From the NCBI GenBank assembly GCA_045537235.1, contig JAZSPB010000156.1:7982-71981 (forward strand): 64,000 nucleotides of DNA, given 5' to 3'. This document shows positions 52,095 through 61,346 of this stretch, in pieces (positions within the stretch are counted from its first letter, which is position 1; every line of letters begins with the position of its first letter). Under the pieces are notes generated by a model. The model searched no databases, was not told the origin of the DNA, and saw nothing but the letters and a program-made list of their open reading frames with translations. A program made the translations under genes and the position numbers. Origin of the DNA: Eubacteriales bacterium (GTDB lineage Bacteria > Bacillota > Clostridia > Oscillospirales > CAG-272).

Positions 52095-53935
52095 ATTTGT
52101 TCAAGAAGAGAAAAACTATCCTCAAGGAAACTTGTCATTTCTTCGGCAGTAAGCTTTCTTTGAGAGAGGACGGCCAATTTATAGATATACGAGGCGATTT
52201 TGATTGCCGACGCTTTATCGGTTGCCATCATTCCATCTAACTTTTTAACAAGCGTTGCTGCGGTGTTGACTACAAGAGTCTCTTCTTTGCTCATGCCCAT
52301 CGGCATTCCCATGTTCCCGGAATACATACGCATCATTTCCTCCATGCGGCGAGACTCTTCGGAAATATTAAGGATAGCGGGAGTTTTGGTCGATTTGAGA
52401 TTCTCAAATTTTACTTTAAGTTCGGAATTGCCAATCGCATCCTTGAAAAGGTCGGCAAGAGCGGCATTCTCTGTTACCTCTCCCTCCGTTTTCATTGCGG
52501 AAGCTACATCGGCATCCACTCGGACAAACTTGACATTTTCCATATACTGTTCCAGCATAGAAAGGAACTGTACCTCAAACTGTTTATCAAAACAAGCCAC
52601 TTGAATGCCTTCCGCATCAAAAAGGGAAATGTACTGTGCTTGCAGAGCTTTGTCCGTAGTATAATACACCGTGTTTTCGTGCTTTTCGCGAGCGGTCTCC
52701 AAATAGTCCTTGAGCGTGGTGAAGCAATCGTCGGACAGCTTGATCAAAAGGGAATCTTTAACACGATCGTAGAATTTCTTGTCGCGCATACAAGCATATT
52801 CCACGAATACTTTAATGTTCTCCCAAACCGACTCGTATTTTTCTCTTTCTGTATTATAAAGAGAGTTCAGTTTGTCCGCAACTTTTTTCACAATATGAGC
52901 TGAAACCTTGGATACATAAGTGTTAGTTTGAAGATAGCTTCTTGACACATTCAAGGGCAATTCGGGACAATCCAATACACCGCGAAGCATAATCATATAA
53001 TCGGGAATCACTTCCTTGATATTATCGGAAACAAATACCTGATTGTAGTACAGCTTCACCTGTCCCTCGATCGACTCATATTCATTAGAGATCGCAGGGA
53101 AAAACAGAATTCCTTTGAAGTTGAGAGGATAGTCCGCATTGATGTGGATGTAGAAAAGAGGATCGCGAAAATCGCCAAAGGCCTTTTTATAAAATTCATT
53201 GTATTCTTCAGGTGTACATTCCGATGCGGGCTTGAGCCAAAGAGGAGTTGTCTCATTGATTGGCTTTTCTTCGGGAGATTCCTCCGATTTTTGACCATCC
53301 TTGATTTCTGTGAAATAAATCTCAACAGGCATAAAGGAACAGTATTTATCCAACATTCCGTGAAGCTTAAACGCGTTTAAATACTCCTGTTCTTCATCGG
53401 AAATATGCATGATAACAGATGTTCCGTGAACTGTGTCTTCGCAAGGCTCGATCTCATATTCGCCAACATCCGAACAAGTCCAGTGCACTGCGGGTGCATC
53501 GGTATACGATTTGGTGAAAATTTCTACCGTATCGCTTACCATAAAAGCAGAATAAAAGCCAAGACCAAAATGACCGATGATGCCATCGGCTGCATTGTCT
53601 TGTCCTTCATATTTTTGAATAAATTCAAGAGCACCGGAGAGGGCAATCTGGCAAATATAGCGCGACAGTTCCTCCTCGGTCATACCGATTCCATTATCCT
53701 TGACAGTAATGGTTTTTTCATCTTTGTCAAGAATCACATCAACACGGTAGGCTTCATCTGTCATTGGAATCTGACCGAGAGATTGGAGCCTTTTAAGCTT
53801 TGTGATTGCATCCGTGGCATTGGAAACGATTTCACGAAGGAATATATCCTTTTCCGAATACAACCATTTTTTGATAACAGGGAATATATTCTCGGTTTCT
53901 ACCGAAATTCCGCCTTTTTTCTTGATTTCTTCCAT
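52091..53935 (-). CDS. htpG: Molecular chaperone HtpG (Hsp90)
   Basis: The GHKL N-domain motifs are IFLRE(I/L)(V/I)SNA.DA, DNGIGMT and GHFGLGFYSAFMV. The length and middle/C-terminal domains are typical. The ATG at 53935 is preferred over the TTG at 53956. Confidence 0.9.
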   Translation of the reverse strand: MEEIKKKGGISVETENIFPVIKKWLYSEKDIFLREIVSNATDAITKLKRLQSLGQIPMTDEAYRVDVILDKDEKTITVKDNGIGMTEEELSRYICQIALSGALEFIQKYEGQDNAADGIIGHFGLGFYSAFMVSDTVEIFTKSYTDAPAVHWTCSDVGEYEIEPCEDTVHGTSVIMHISDEEQEYLNAFKLHGMLDKYCSFMPVEIYFTEIKDGQKSEESPEEKPINETTPLWLKPASECTPEEYNEFYKKAFGDFRDPLFYIHINADYPLNFKGILFFPAISNEYESIEGQVKLYYNQVFVSDNIKEVIPDYMIMLRGVLDCPELPLNVSRSYLQTNTYVSKVSAHIVKKVADKLNSLYNTEREKYESVWENIKVFVEYACMRDKKFYDRVKDSLLIKLSDDCFTTLKDYLETAREKHENTVYYTTDKALQAQYISLFDAEGIQVACFDKQFEVQFLSMLEQYMENVKFVRVDADVASAMKTEGEVTENAALADLFKDAIGNSELKVKFENLKSTKTPAILNISEESRRMEEMMRMYSGNMGMPMGMSKEETLVVNTAATLVKKLDGMMATDKASAIKIASYIYKLAVLSQRKLTAEEMTSFLEDSFSLLEQI

Positions 53936-54020
53936 GATTTTTTTTCCTTTTCCCAAATATAATAAGGTTTGACTTTGCCCGATCCTTCAAAAAGCGGGCA
54001 AAGCAAACCATAAAAAACAA

Positions 54021-55451
54021 TTATTTTTCTTTGTTTTCGGTGTTTTCTTCCTTGATATCTTCTTTTTTCATCTTTTTCATTTTCATCTTTTTTTGCGTAG
54101 CATCGACATTGCCATCGGCACTGTTTTTGGCTCTCCTCTTCGCCCTAACGGCTTTTACCTTGCGAGCAATAAGCTGTTCTTCTTTTTTGATCCAATCTCC
54201 GCTGATGCGGAAAAGTTTGGCAGACAGATGCTCGACCTCTTCATCGGGCTCGGCAAGCGAGTTTGCGCTATAATAATCGGCAAGAGAGGTGGGGAGATTT
54301 TTATTGGCAAGGCGATGCTTGATATTCTTTTTTAAGACTGCACAGATGACAGCAAAGATCGGAACCCCCAAGAACATACCGAGGACACCGAAATAGCCAC
54401 TCATGATCGTGACGGCAACCAAAACACCGAGTGAGGAAAGACCTGTGCGGTCACCAACGATCTTGGGTTCGATAATATTTCCGTCAATCTGTTGAATTAT
54501 CAAAATAAGAACAAGGAAGAGCAGCAGTTTCTCGGGTCTTGCAATAAGAACAATAAATGCCGAAGGAATTGCACCGATAAAGGGTCCAAAGAAGGGGATG
54601 ATATTACAAACACCGATAAATACCGAAACAAGAATCGAGTAGGGAATTCCGGCGATGCTGAAAACGATAGAACACACAAGAATAATGAGTGTGGCATCAA
54701 TCAATTTTCCTACAATAAATCCACCCAATGTCTTATCGGCAAAACGGAACCAGTCTTTGACCGAATCGGCTTTTTTCTTTGAGCAAACGGCAGTAAGGAT
54801 TCGATTAGACTGTGCGTACAATTTTTCTTTGGAAATTACAAAATAGATGGAGAGAAGGAAACCGATAAAGACATTCTTTACGCCGGTCAAAATCATTCCA
54901 CCGTATGTTGTTGCCCATTCGATTACCCGGTTCAATATATCCTCGGTTCCCGCAAATAAGCTGCTGATCGCCTCAACAATGGTTTCGCGGTTGATATATT
55001 CAAAGGCTTCTTCGCCGCGAGCGGCCAACACCTTGTTCAAGAAGCCATTGATCGCATTGATCATCGAATTGAGATAGGTTCCATCACTTATTTTCTTGAC
55101 CAGTTCTTCAATGCTGGAAAGGAGTTGCGGCACGATCAAAACCACAAAGAGTGTTAAAATAACAATGATAGAGACGTATGCCGACACAATGGAAAGCGAA
55201 CGTCTGACACGTTTTTTCTGTATTCCTTTGAATATGCGGTTTTGAAAAAAACGAACCAGTGATGTACAAATATACGCAATCACACCGCCAATGACCAGCG
55301 GAGTAAGCACGGACAGCTTTTCGTCCACCCATTCGTAAAAGGATGAAAACCGATCAAAATTGGTGATAATGACGACAAGCAAAATCACAAGTGCATATAC
55401 AATAGAACAAACGGTAAATATTTTCTTTTTCTTTTCGTCAAAACCGAACAT
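54021..55451 (-). CDS. AI-2E family transporter (PerM/UPF0118) with a Lys-rich C-terminal tail
   Basis: About 8 TM helices, a conserved C-terminal core (IIPFFGPFIGAIP, QQIDGNII.PKI.G) and a tail of KKMKMKKMKKEDIKEE. The ATG at 55451 follows GGGGGT. Confidence 0.8.
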   Translation of the reverse strand: MFGFDEKKKKIFTVCSIVYALVILLVVIITNFDRFSSFYEWVDEKLSVLTPLVIGGVIAYICTSLVRFFQNRIFKGIQKKRVRRSLSIVSAYVSIIVILTLFVVLIVPQLLSSIEELVKKISDGTYLNSMINAINGFLNKVLAARGEEAFEYINRETIVEAISSLFAGTEDILNRVIEWATTYGGMILTGVKNVFIGFLLSIYFVISKEKLYAQSNRILTAVCSKKKADSVKDWFRFADKTLGGFIVGKLIDATLIILVCSIVFSIAGIPYSILVSVFIGVCNIIPFFGPFIGAIPSAFIVLIARPEKLLLFLVLILIIQQIDGNIIEPKIVGDRTGLSSLGVLVAVTIMSGYFGVLGMFLGVPIFAVICAVLKKNIKHRLANKNLPTSLADYYSANSLAEPDEEVEHLSAKLFRISGDWIKKEEQLIARKVKAVRAKRRAKNSADGNVDATQKKMKMKKMKKEDIKEENTENKEK

Positions 55452-55660
55452 ATATACCCCCGAGTTGATGATGCGATTCTCAACATTTCCTTTCATAACG
55501 CGATGATAATAACAATATTGATATTATTATATTTTATTATATCGTTTTTTGCGGTGGAAGTCAATAACTTAAATAAAAGATTAAAAATATTTTACAATAT
55601 TGTTTCATTTTTTTCGAATATGTGATACAATAGAGATATCAAAAATTGGAGGTGCTCCTT

Positions 55661-56542
55661 ATGGCCGAAGTTTTTGCCTACGCAAAAATTAATTTATTTC
55701 TGGATATTGAAAAAAAACGAGAAGATGGTTATCATGATATAGTAAGCGTTATGCAGACAGTAGACTGGTATGACATCTTGAATGTTCGAAAAAATACCGA
55801 AAACAAGAAAGAAATAACCCTTATCTGTGAAAATGCAGATATCCCCACCGACGAGACTAACACGGTATATAAAGCCGCCTCCTTGTTTTTGAAAAAAATC
55901 GGCACATCGGACGGGATGGATATCACCATAGAAAAAAACATCCCTCACGCAGCAGGAATGGCAGGCGGAAGTGCCGATGCGGCAGCCACCTTGAGGGAAC
56001 TGAATCGAATGTACGGCGACCCACTCTCCAATAACGAGCTTTTGTTACTTGGAAAGCAGATCGGAGCAGATGTTCCGTTCTGTATTGCGGGAGGAACCAT
56101 GCTAACAACGGGAATCGGAGAAAAAATGATTCCTTTGTCCCCCCTCCCACCTTGTTTTCTTGTTTGCGCAAAGTTAGGAGAGGGAATTTCAACGCCTAAA
56201 GCCTATTCTGCATTGGATACCAAGCACCGAGACTTTAGAGACTATTCCGTTCACCAAAAGCAATTCAATGCTCTTGAAGGCGCGCTCAAAAACCAAAATA
56301 TTTTTGCCTTACCCAGCGGTCTTTACAATGTTTTTGAAGAGGTTGCAGAAACAGAGCGCCCTGCCGTAAGCCTTTTAAAAACAAGCTTGCTCAAAAACGG
56401 GGCGTTGGGGGCCATGATGAGTGGAAGTGGTCCTTCCGTTTTCGGGGTGTTTAACGACCAAGTCACAGCAGAACGTGCTTGTTTGGATCTTGCATCGCTT
56501 GGGGCGGTTTGCAAGGTTTGCACCCCTATCGGTTCACTTTGA
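55661..56542 (+). CDS. ispE: 4-diphosphocytidyl-2-C-methyl-D-erythritol kinase
   Basis: AKINLFL....KR.DGYH and the GHMP kinase motif IPHAAGMAGGSADAAA. GGAGGTG RBS. Confidence 0.85.
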   Translation: MAEVFAYAKINLFLDIEKKREDGYHDIVSVMQTVDWYDILNVRKNTENKKEITLICENADIPTDETNTVYKAASLFLKKIGTSDGMDITIEKNIPHAAGMAGGSADAAATLRELNRMYGDPLSNNELLLLGKQIGADVPFCIAGGTMLTTGIGEKMIPLSPLPPCFLVCAKLGEGISTPKAYSALDTKHRDFRDYSVHQKQFNALEGALKNQNIFALPSGLYNVFEEVAETERPAVSLLKTSLLKNGALGAMMSGSGPSVFGVFNDQVTAERACLDLASLGAVCKVCTPIGSL

Positions 56543-56626
56543 ATTCTTGCGTTTTTTCGTTCGATTTTCAGTGTGTTTTTCACGAACACTCCTTCTCATC
56601 TTAATTTAAATCACGAGGTATAAAAA

Positions 56627-57556
56627 GTGAAAATTGTTACAATTACGCTAAATCCGGCATTCGATATCCACTGCCATATTGACAATTTTCTCCCATGCCG
56701 CGAGAATTTGGCTCATGTGACCGAGCGAGATGCCGGAGGAAAAGGCGTCAACATCTCTCGGGCGCTGACGGCGAACCAAACAGAAAATATTGCTTTGCTG
56801 GTGTTAGGTGAGAAAAATGCTGTCGATTTTTGCCAAGCCCTTTCGGTCGACGGAATCCTTTCACACAACATTATAGTTCCCGGTCGGATACGCGAAAATA
56901 TTACTATTCACACAAACGACACCGAGGAAACTCGCATCAGTTTTGCAGGTTTTTCCGCCGATGAAAGTCTTCTTTCCTTGATATCCAATACACTGGACGA
57001 ATTGTTAGACAATGAATCCTTTGTAACTTTTACAGGGCGTGTTCCCGACGGCATTGGTATGGATGCAGTAAAAGGCTTTTTGATGGCTCTGAAAAAACGC
57101 GGAGTAAAAATCGTTGTTGACTCCCGATCTTTTGAAAAGCAAGATCTGATCGACATCAAACCTTGGTTGATCAAACCCAATCAAGAAGAAATTTCGCATT
57201 ATTTTGGACGCAATATCCAAACGCAAGAAGAGGCATTAGAGGCAGCACAATATCTTTATCATAATGGCATCGAAAATGTTATGATCAGTTTAGGAGCCCG
57301 AGGAGCGCTCTTGGTTTGTCAAGAGGGGAGCTTCTTGGCTGTTCCGCCGCAAATTGATGCGATCTCCACCATTGGCGCCGGCGACAGCTCAATTGCGGGA
57401 TTTTTGGTTGCTGCCATGAACCGAAAAACATCGAAAGAAATGCTTGCCATGGCCGTTTCTTATGGGAGTGCCGCCTGTTTGCAAAAAGGGACACGTCCTC
57501 CTAAAAGTGAAAATATTGCGAGGCTTTTATCTCAAGTCACTGTCCAAAGAATATAA
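56627..57556 (+). CDS. PfkB-family hexose-phosphate kinase (1-phosphofructokinase/tagatose-6-P kinase-like)
   Basis: GTG start after a GAGG RBS. LNPAFD, GGKGVN(I)SR, KPN.EE and the C-terminal GAGDS..AGF motifs are present. Confidence 0.8.
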   Translation: MKIVTITLNPAFDIHCHIDNFLPCRENLAHVTERDAGGKGVNISRALTANQTENIALLVLGEKNAVDFCQALSVDGILSHNIIVPGRIRENITIHTNDTEETRISFAGFSADESLLSLISNTLDELLDNESFVTFTGRVPDGIGMDAVKGFLMALKKRGVKIVVDSRSFEKQDLIDIKPWLIKPNQEEISHYFGRNIQTQEEALEAAQYLYHNGIENVMISLGARGALLVCQEGSFLAVPPQIDAISTIGAGDSSIAGFLVAAMNRKTSKEMLAMAVSYGSAACLQKGTRPPKSENIARLLSQVTVQRI

Positions 57557-57580
57557 ATCCAAAGAAATAAATATAAAAGA

Positions 57581-57625
57581 AAAGACCACTTTACACTCTT
57601 GTTTGAGGGCAAAGCGGTCTTTTCT
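57581..57625. terminator. Hairpin between convergent genes
   Basis: aaagaccac / gcggtcttt stem (one mismatch) with a large loop, followed by TTTTCTT. Confidence 0.45.
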
Positions 57626-58104
57626 TATTGAAGAATTTGTTTGACTGCGCGGATCGCATCTTTGCTTTGTGCAGAATCCAAGATCGTATAAATAACATAT
57701 TGTCCGATTACCGTAACCTTGGCATTTTCAAACTTGGGGTATTCTTTGATATCATATACCACACCGCTTTGGAATCTTTCCTTGGCATCTTTGAGATACC
57801 TTTTCAACTGTTTTTCACAAAGCTTGGCATCGGATGCTGATTTTACATGGAAAACCCCAAACTCGTTAAAATTGGTGCTCTCGGTGCAAACTACAACACA
57901 ACAGTCGTCTACAAAAGAGAGGGAAGTAAAATGATATTGCATATAGTATTCGGTATTGTCCGTGTAACCAAATGCTGTGGGAGCCGCTTTTTGAATCACA
58001 TCGGAGATCGATTCGGCGCTTGCTTCCGCAGATGCAAATACCGCATTGGGTATTATCGAAACAATCAATATTATAAGAATAAAAAAACAAACTGTCTTTT
58101 TCAT
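57625..58104 (-). CDS. Secreted DUF4358-like protein
   Basis: Signal peptide (ILIILIVSIIPNAVFASA). The NFNEFGVFHVKS core is typical of DUF4358 as I recall it. Confidence 0.55.
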   Translation of the reverse strand: MKKTVCFFILIILIVSIIPNAVFASAEASAESISDVIQKAAPTAFGYTDNTEYYMQYHFTSLSFVDDCCVVVCTESTNFNEFGVFHVKSASDAKLCEKQLKRYLKDAKERFQSGVVYDIKEYPKFENAKVTVIGQYVIYTILDSAQSKDAIRAVKQILQ

Positions 58105-58952
58105 GCATCTTCCTCCGCCGGATAGCCGTGTGTGCGAATATATTGTAGCACAGCGGTCAACCCGATTTCATTCAAATGGATCCCGTCACCGCCATTGTCG
58201 TATTTTTCCAAGAGATATCCGTCCTCGTCTGTCAAAACTGATGCGGTGTCAAGATATTTTAAGCCGTATTCACTTGCAAGATCTTGAATCCATGTGTTAC
58301 ATAGTTCGATCCTTTGAGGTGTATAGGCAGAGACTTTACAAGTTTTGGCTACCGGAAAAAGTGACTGAAGTATTATTTTTGTGTCCTCGGATGCGTCGAT
58401 AGCGGAATTCAACAGGATACGATAACATTGTTTAAATTGATCCTCAGTATAGTATGATGCGCCGTTATTGAGCCCCAATGTGATGATCAAATATTGCGGC
58501 TTTTTTCGAGAAAGCGCTTGAGAAACTGTGAGAGCGCTACCGTCATCGGGAAAATAAAGTTTGGTTTGGGCAATGGTGGGGGAGAGCGAAAGTGTCCCGG
58601 CGCAGGTCACTTTTCCATCGGGCGAAGAGGCACCTGTCCAAACCTGCGTCGTATTTTTTCCGTCATGAAGGACTCCGTATCGCCAAAGGCCGTAGGTGGT
58701 GGATTCCCCGAGGAAGACCAACCGATCAACATACTCCCACCCCATGTCCGCAGTCTCCGCAAGAACAGTCTCTCCTCGCATGGCATCAACCTTGATCTCC
58801 GAAGAATTCTCTGATTCTGTTAAACTTCTCGCCTTTAAGGCGTTTTCCCTTTCCGTGATCTTTCCCAAGCACATAAGCAGGGGGAGCAGGATAAAAAACA
58901 AAAGAATGATAGTAAAAACAGAAAGCACATAAGAATTAAACTTTTTTTCCAT
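58101..58952 (-). CDS. Membrane-anchored SGNH/GDSL-family hydrolase
   Basis: N-terminal TM. Block I is FLGESTTYG, block III LGLNNG and block V GGDGIHLN (DxxH). It overlaps the downstream DUF4358 gene by 4 nt. Confidence 0.65.
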   Translation of the reverse strand: MEKKFNSYVLSVFTIILLFFILLPLLMCLGKITERENALKARSLTESENSSEIKVDAMRGETVLAETADMGWEYVDRLVFLGESTTYGLWRYGVLHDGKNTTQVWTGASSPDGKVTCAGTLSLSPTIAQTKLYFPDDGSALTVSQALSRKKPQYLIITLGLNNGASYYTEDQFKQCYRILLNSAIDASEDTKIILQSLFPVAKTCKVSAYTPQRIELCNTWIQDLASEYGLKYLDTASVLTDEDGYLLEKYDNGGDGIHLNEIGLTAVLQYIRTHGYPAEEDA

Positions 58953-59053
58953 ATTACTCCATGAATTAATAAAATAAAAGGCAACCTTACACCCGACCTT
59001 GACAGATACTGTGCAATGTTGCCTTTAAATATGCCGAAACATATTTGCTATTA

Positions 59054-59491
59054 TTATTTCCGTTTTGAATCCCCGTATACGCTCTTATACTCGGTTTTTT
59101 TGTTGTTTTTTCTCTTGATTTCAGAGCGAATGACCGTAAATACCAAAATGCCGAGTGCATAAAGAAGAGTAAGTACAGCAAAGATAATAACCGCATTGGG
59201 CATCGAAACAACACGGGAGTTGGGAAGATAGATACAAAGCCAAAGAGCGAACATAATGGCAAAATAGCGAACCACAGCTCGTCCGAATCCCTTTAATTGA
59301 CTGGCTTGAAGCATCTCATTAGCAAAGACGATAATAAAGGAGAAGGGGTAAAAAAGCATTACGGTGAAAACAGACATATTGGCGCGAATGTCATAAATCG
59401 CAATCATCGCAAGAGAATACACAAGGGTTAAAATGCAAAAGTAGTAGCAAGCTACAGCGAGAGATCTTTTTATTGCCGAGTTGAGAGACAT
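59054..59491 (-). CDS. Small 4-TM membrane protein, function unknown
   Basis: 145 aa with four hydrophobic segments and a basic C-terminal tail (RSEIKRKNNKKTEYK). Confidence 0.5.
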   Translation of the reverse strand: MSLNSAIKRSLAVACYYFCILTLVYSLAMIAIYDIRANMSVFTVMLFYPFSFIIVFANEMLQASQLKGFGRAVVRYFAIMFALWLCIYLPNSRVVSMPNAVIIFAVLTLLYALGILVFTVIRSEIKRKNNKKTEYKSVYGDSKRK

Positions 59492-59654
59492 ACGGATAAA
59501 CCTTTCTTTAGATTGTTTTTATCATTTTAACACAAAACCTTTATAAATTCAACCATTATTTATAAACTTTTGAAAAAACTTAAACAATGAGCCAACATTA
59601 TATCCCTCATATGATTTCTGAAACAAAATCGTTATGTAAAAAACAGCCAACCAA

Positions 59655-59683
59655 TTGACAAACCCCGTGGTTGATGGTATAAT
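59655..59683 (+). promoter_or_regulatory. Consensus sigma-A promoter of the TerB/ATPase/helicase operon
   Basis: TTGACA (59655-60), a 17-nt spacer, then TATAAT (59678-83) with an upstream TG. It lies 35 nt upstream of the ATG at 59718. Confidence 0.6.
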
Positions 59684-59717
59684 TATAAGATAAGGAAACA
59701 CTGTGGGAGGTGAGAAG

Positions 59718-61346
59718 ATGTCAGACTTGAAAAAGAGCCGAAAAGAGAAGATGAATGATTTTTGGGATATCGGTCGTCTGGTTCCGACAAAGCCGAAAAA
59801 TGTTACCAAACATTCCATCTCCCCCACAAAAATCGAACCTACGGAGATATCGGTAAATATCAGCACACCGTCAAGTGAAACAAGCATCGGTGAGAGTAAA
59901 TTAACCATGACATCTCCGCGAACGGTTACCGAATCGGCACCGTCGGTCTATGCCGAATATCCCAATTTCTCTCCACTTATCCCTCATGTGAAAATTGTTA
60001 ATTGGAAAAGCACTTATAACTATTATGAGTTTTTCTGTCGGCAAGCTGCCGCCTTATATCAAAAGCAGGGAAGCGAATGTCCCGAAGTCCATTTCTTTTC
60101 CTATGTAGCGCAATATTCGCAATTGAACCGCCGTCAGCTTGACTGGTATCTTTGGTGGCGCGAATGCGTGAGAAACGGAGAATATCGAAGTACAGACATC
60201 AGTTATATCTACCTTCTGATCTTTGAGATCATCAATTTGGGAAATGCCATTGACACTCGAAAATCTTTGGATATTTTGATCGCACTTTGGGTGAATTATA
60301 AAGAAATATACCCTCAACTTGTGGGGGCATTAGGCGATTGGATCTGCGATTACAGTTTAATTCATAATCTTCCGATCCGATTTCCGATGGCAGGGATCGA
60401 CCGTAATATGATCTCGAATGTATCCTTTGCAGAGTCCTTTTGCCATTTTGATCTTTCTAACACCTCACTTTTGGCAAAATTTTTAATTTCCTTCTGTAAC
60501 TCCTACAATTACAGAAAAAGCAAGTTTTATACAGAGGCGTTGCAACTGCTTTATGAGGAGCATCTCCCCGGGGCGCTGGAATATCTCCTGGGAAAGATCG
60601 ATTTGCCGTCAGCCTTGGCTGCACAGCCGCGAAAACACATCAGTCGTGTTGCCTTCACCGGGGCACTTTGTTCTTATAAAAACCGAAAGCATATCGAGGC
60701 AGACTACATTTCTTTGTGCGACTCTCATGAAATAAGAAGCCGCATCGGAGATATTATCAAATATGCAGAAAATAAGCTTCGAGCCTTTTCGGGAATTCGT
60801 TCACGGCTTGGCGTTCCGTCATTAGACGAAAAAACCAAGGCAACCGTGGATGAATATTTTGCTCAAATGCATATGACAAACAGGGAAACCGAGTTTGAAC
60901 ATCCCGAATATGAAGCACTCTATGAAGCCAAGGAAATCACGTTTTCATTGGCGTCTGCTCTCGACATTGAAAACCGCTCATGGGAAGTCACGGAAAAACT
61001 GGTGGACGCCTTTGAAGAAGAAAACGAAACACCGCCACCGCCGGAAGAAATTGAAATTATTCCTTCCGACGATTTGGGGGGAGAGGCAGATGAAACCGTT
61101 CAATTTTTCACTTCTATTGCCAATCATCTCGATTTTTTTCACCTTATCGTACATGAAGATTTTATCGGACAGCGCTCCTACATCAGCCAACATCGCATTT
61201 TGCCTGAAGCCGTAGTAGATGAGATCAATGAAAAAGCCGCCGATATTTTTGGCGATATCGTGATTGAAGAAACCGATGACGGCTATTGTATTATGGAAGA
61301 TTACCGTTCTATGTTTAAACAGGAGGATGAAAGCCATGCCAAATAA
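59718..61346 (+). CDS. TerB_N / TerB_C domain protein
   Basis: 542 aa from the ATG at 59718 (GGGAGGTG RBS). The GTG at 59703 in the ORF track lies inside the RBS. The S/T/P-rich N-terminal ~95 aa are followed by FFSYVAQYSQLNRRQLDWYLWWRECVRNGEYRSTDISYIYLLIFEIINLG, which looks like TerB_N. An acidic linker (EENETPPPPEEIEIIPSDD) follows. The C-terminus HRILPEAVVDEINEKAADIFGDIVIEE looks like TerB_C. Confidence 0.65.
   Translation: MSDLKKSRKEKMNDFWDIGRLVPTKPKNVTKHSISPTKIEPTEISVNISTPSSETSIGESKLTMTSPRTVTESAPSVYAEYPNFSPLIPHVKIVNWKSTYNYYEFFCRQAAALYQKQGSECPEVHFFSYVAQYSQLNRRQLDWYLWWRECVRNGEYRSTDISYIYLLIFEIINLGNAIDTRKSLDILIALWVNYKEIYPQLVGALGDWICDYSLIHNLPIRFPMAGIDRNMISNVSFAESFCHFDLSNTSLLAKFLISFCNSYNYRKSKFYTEALQLLYEEHLPGALEYLLGKIDLPSALAAQPRKHISRVAFTGALCSYKNRKHIEADYISLCDSHEIRSRIGDIIKYAENKLRAFSGIRSRLGVPSLDEKTKATVDEYFAQMHMTNRETEFEHPEYEALYEAKEITFSLASALDIENRSWEVTEKLVDAFEEENETPPPPEEIEIIPSDDLGGEADETVQFFTSIANHLDFFHLIVHEDFIGQRSYISQHRILPEAVVDEINEKAADIFGDIVIEETDDGYCIMEDYRSMFKQEDESHAK

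Noticed and set aside
53973-54003. Hairpin upstream of htpG considered as a CIRCE heat-shock operator
   Set aside because: The sequence ctttgcccg-N13-cgggcaaag bears no resemblance to CIRCE (TTAGCACTC-N9-GAGTGCTAA). It is more likely the (weak) terminator or stabiliser of the upstream AI-2E transporter gene.
59703-59717. Longer N-terminal extensions proposed by the ORF track for the TerB gene (GTG 59703), the ATPase (ATG 61264), coaE (41261), the SBP (19672), the ABC ATPase (17869), perM (55496) and the dac gene (26042)
   Set aside because: In each case a downstream ATG has a properly spaced GGAGG-type RBS and gives the family-typical N-terminus (P-loop, signal peptide and so on). The extended start lies in the RBS or deep inside the upstream gene.
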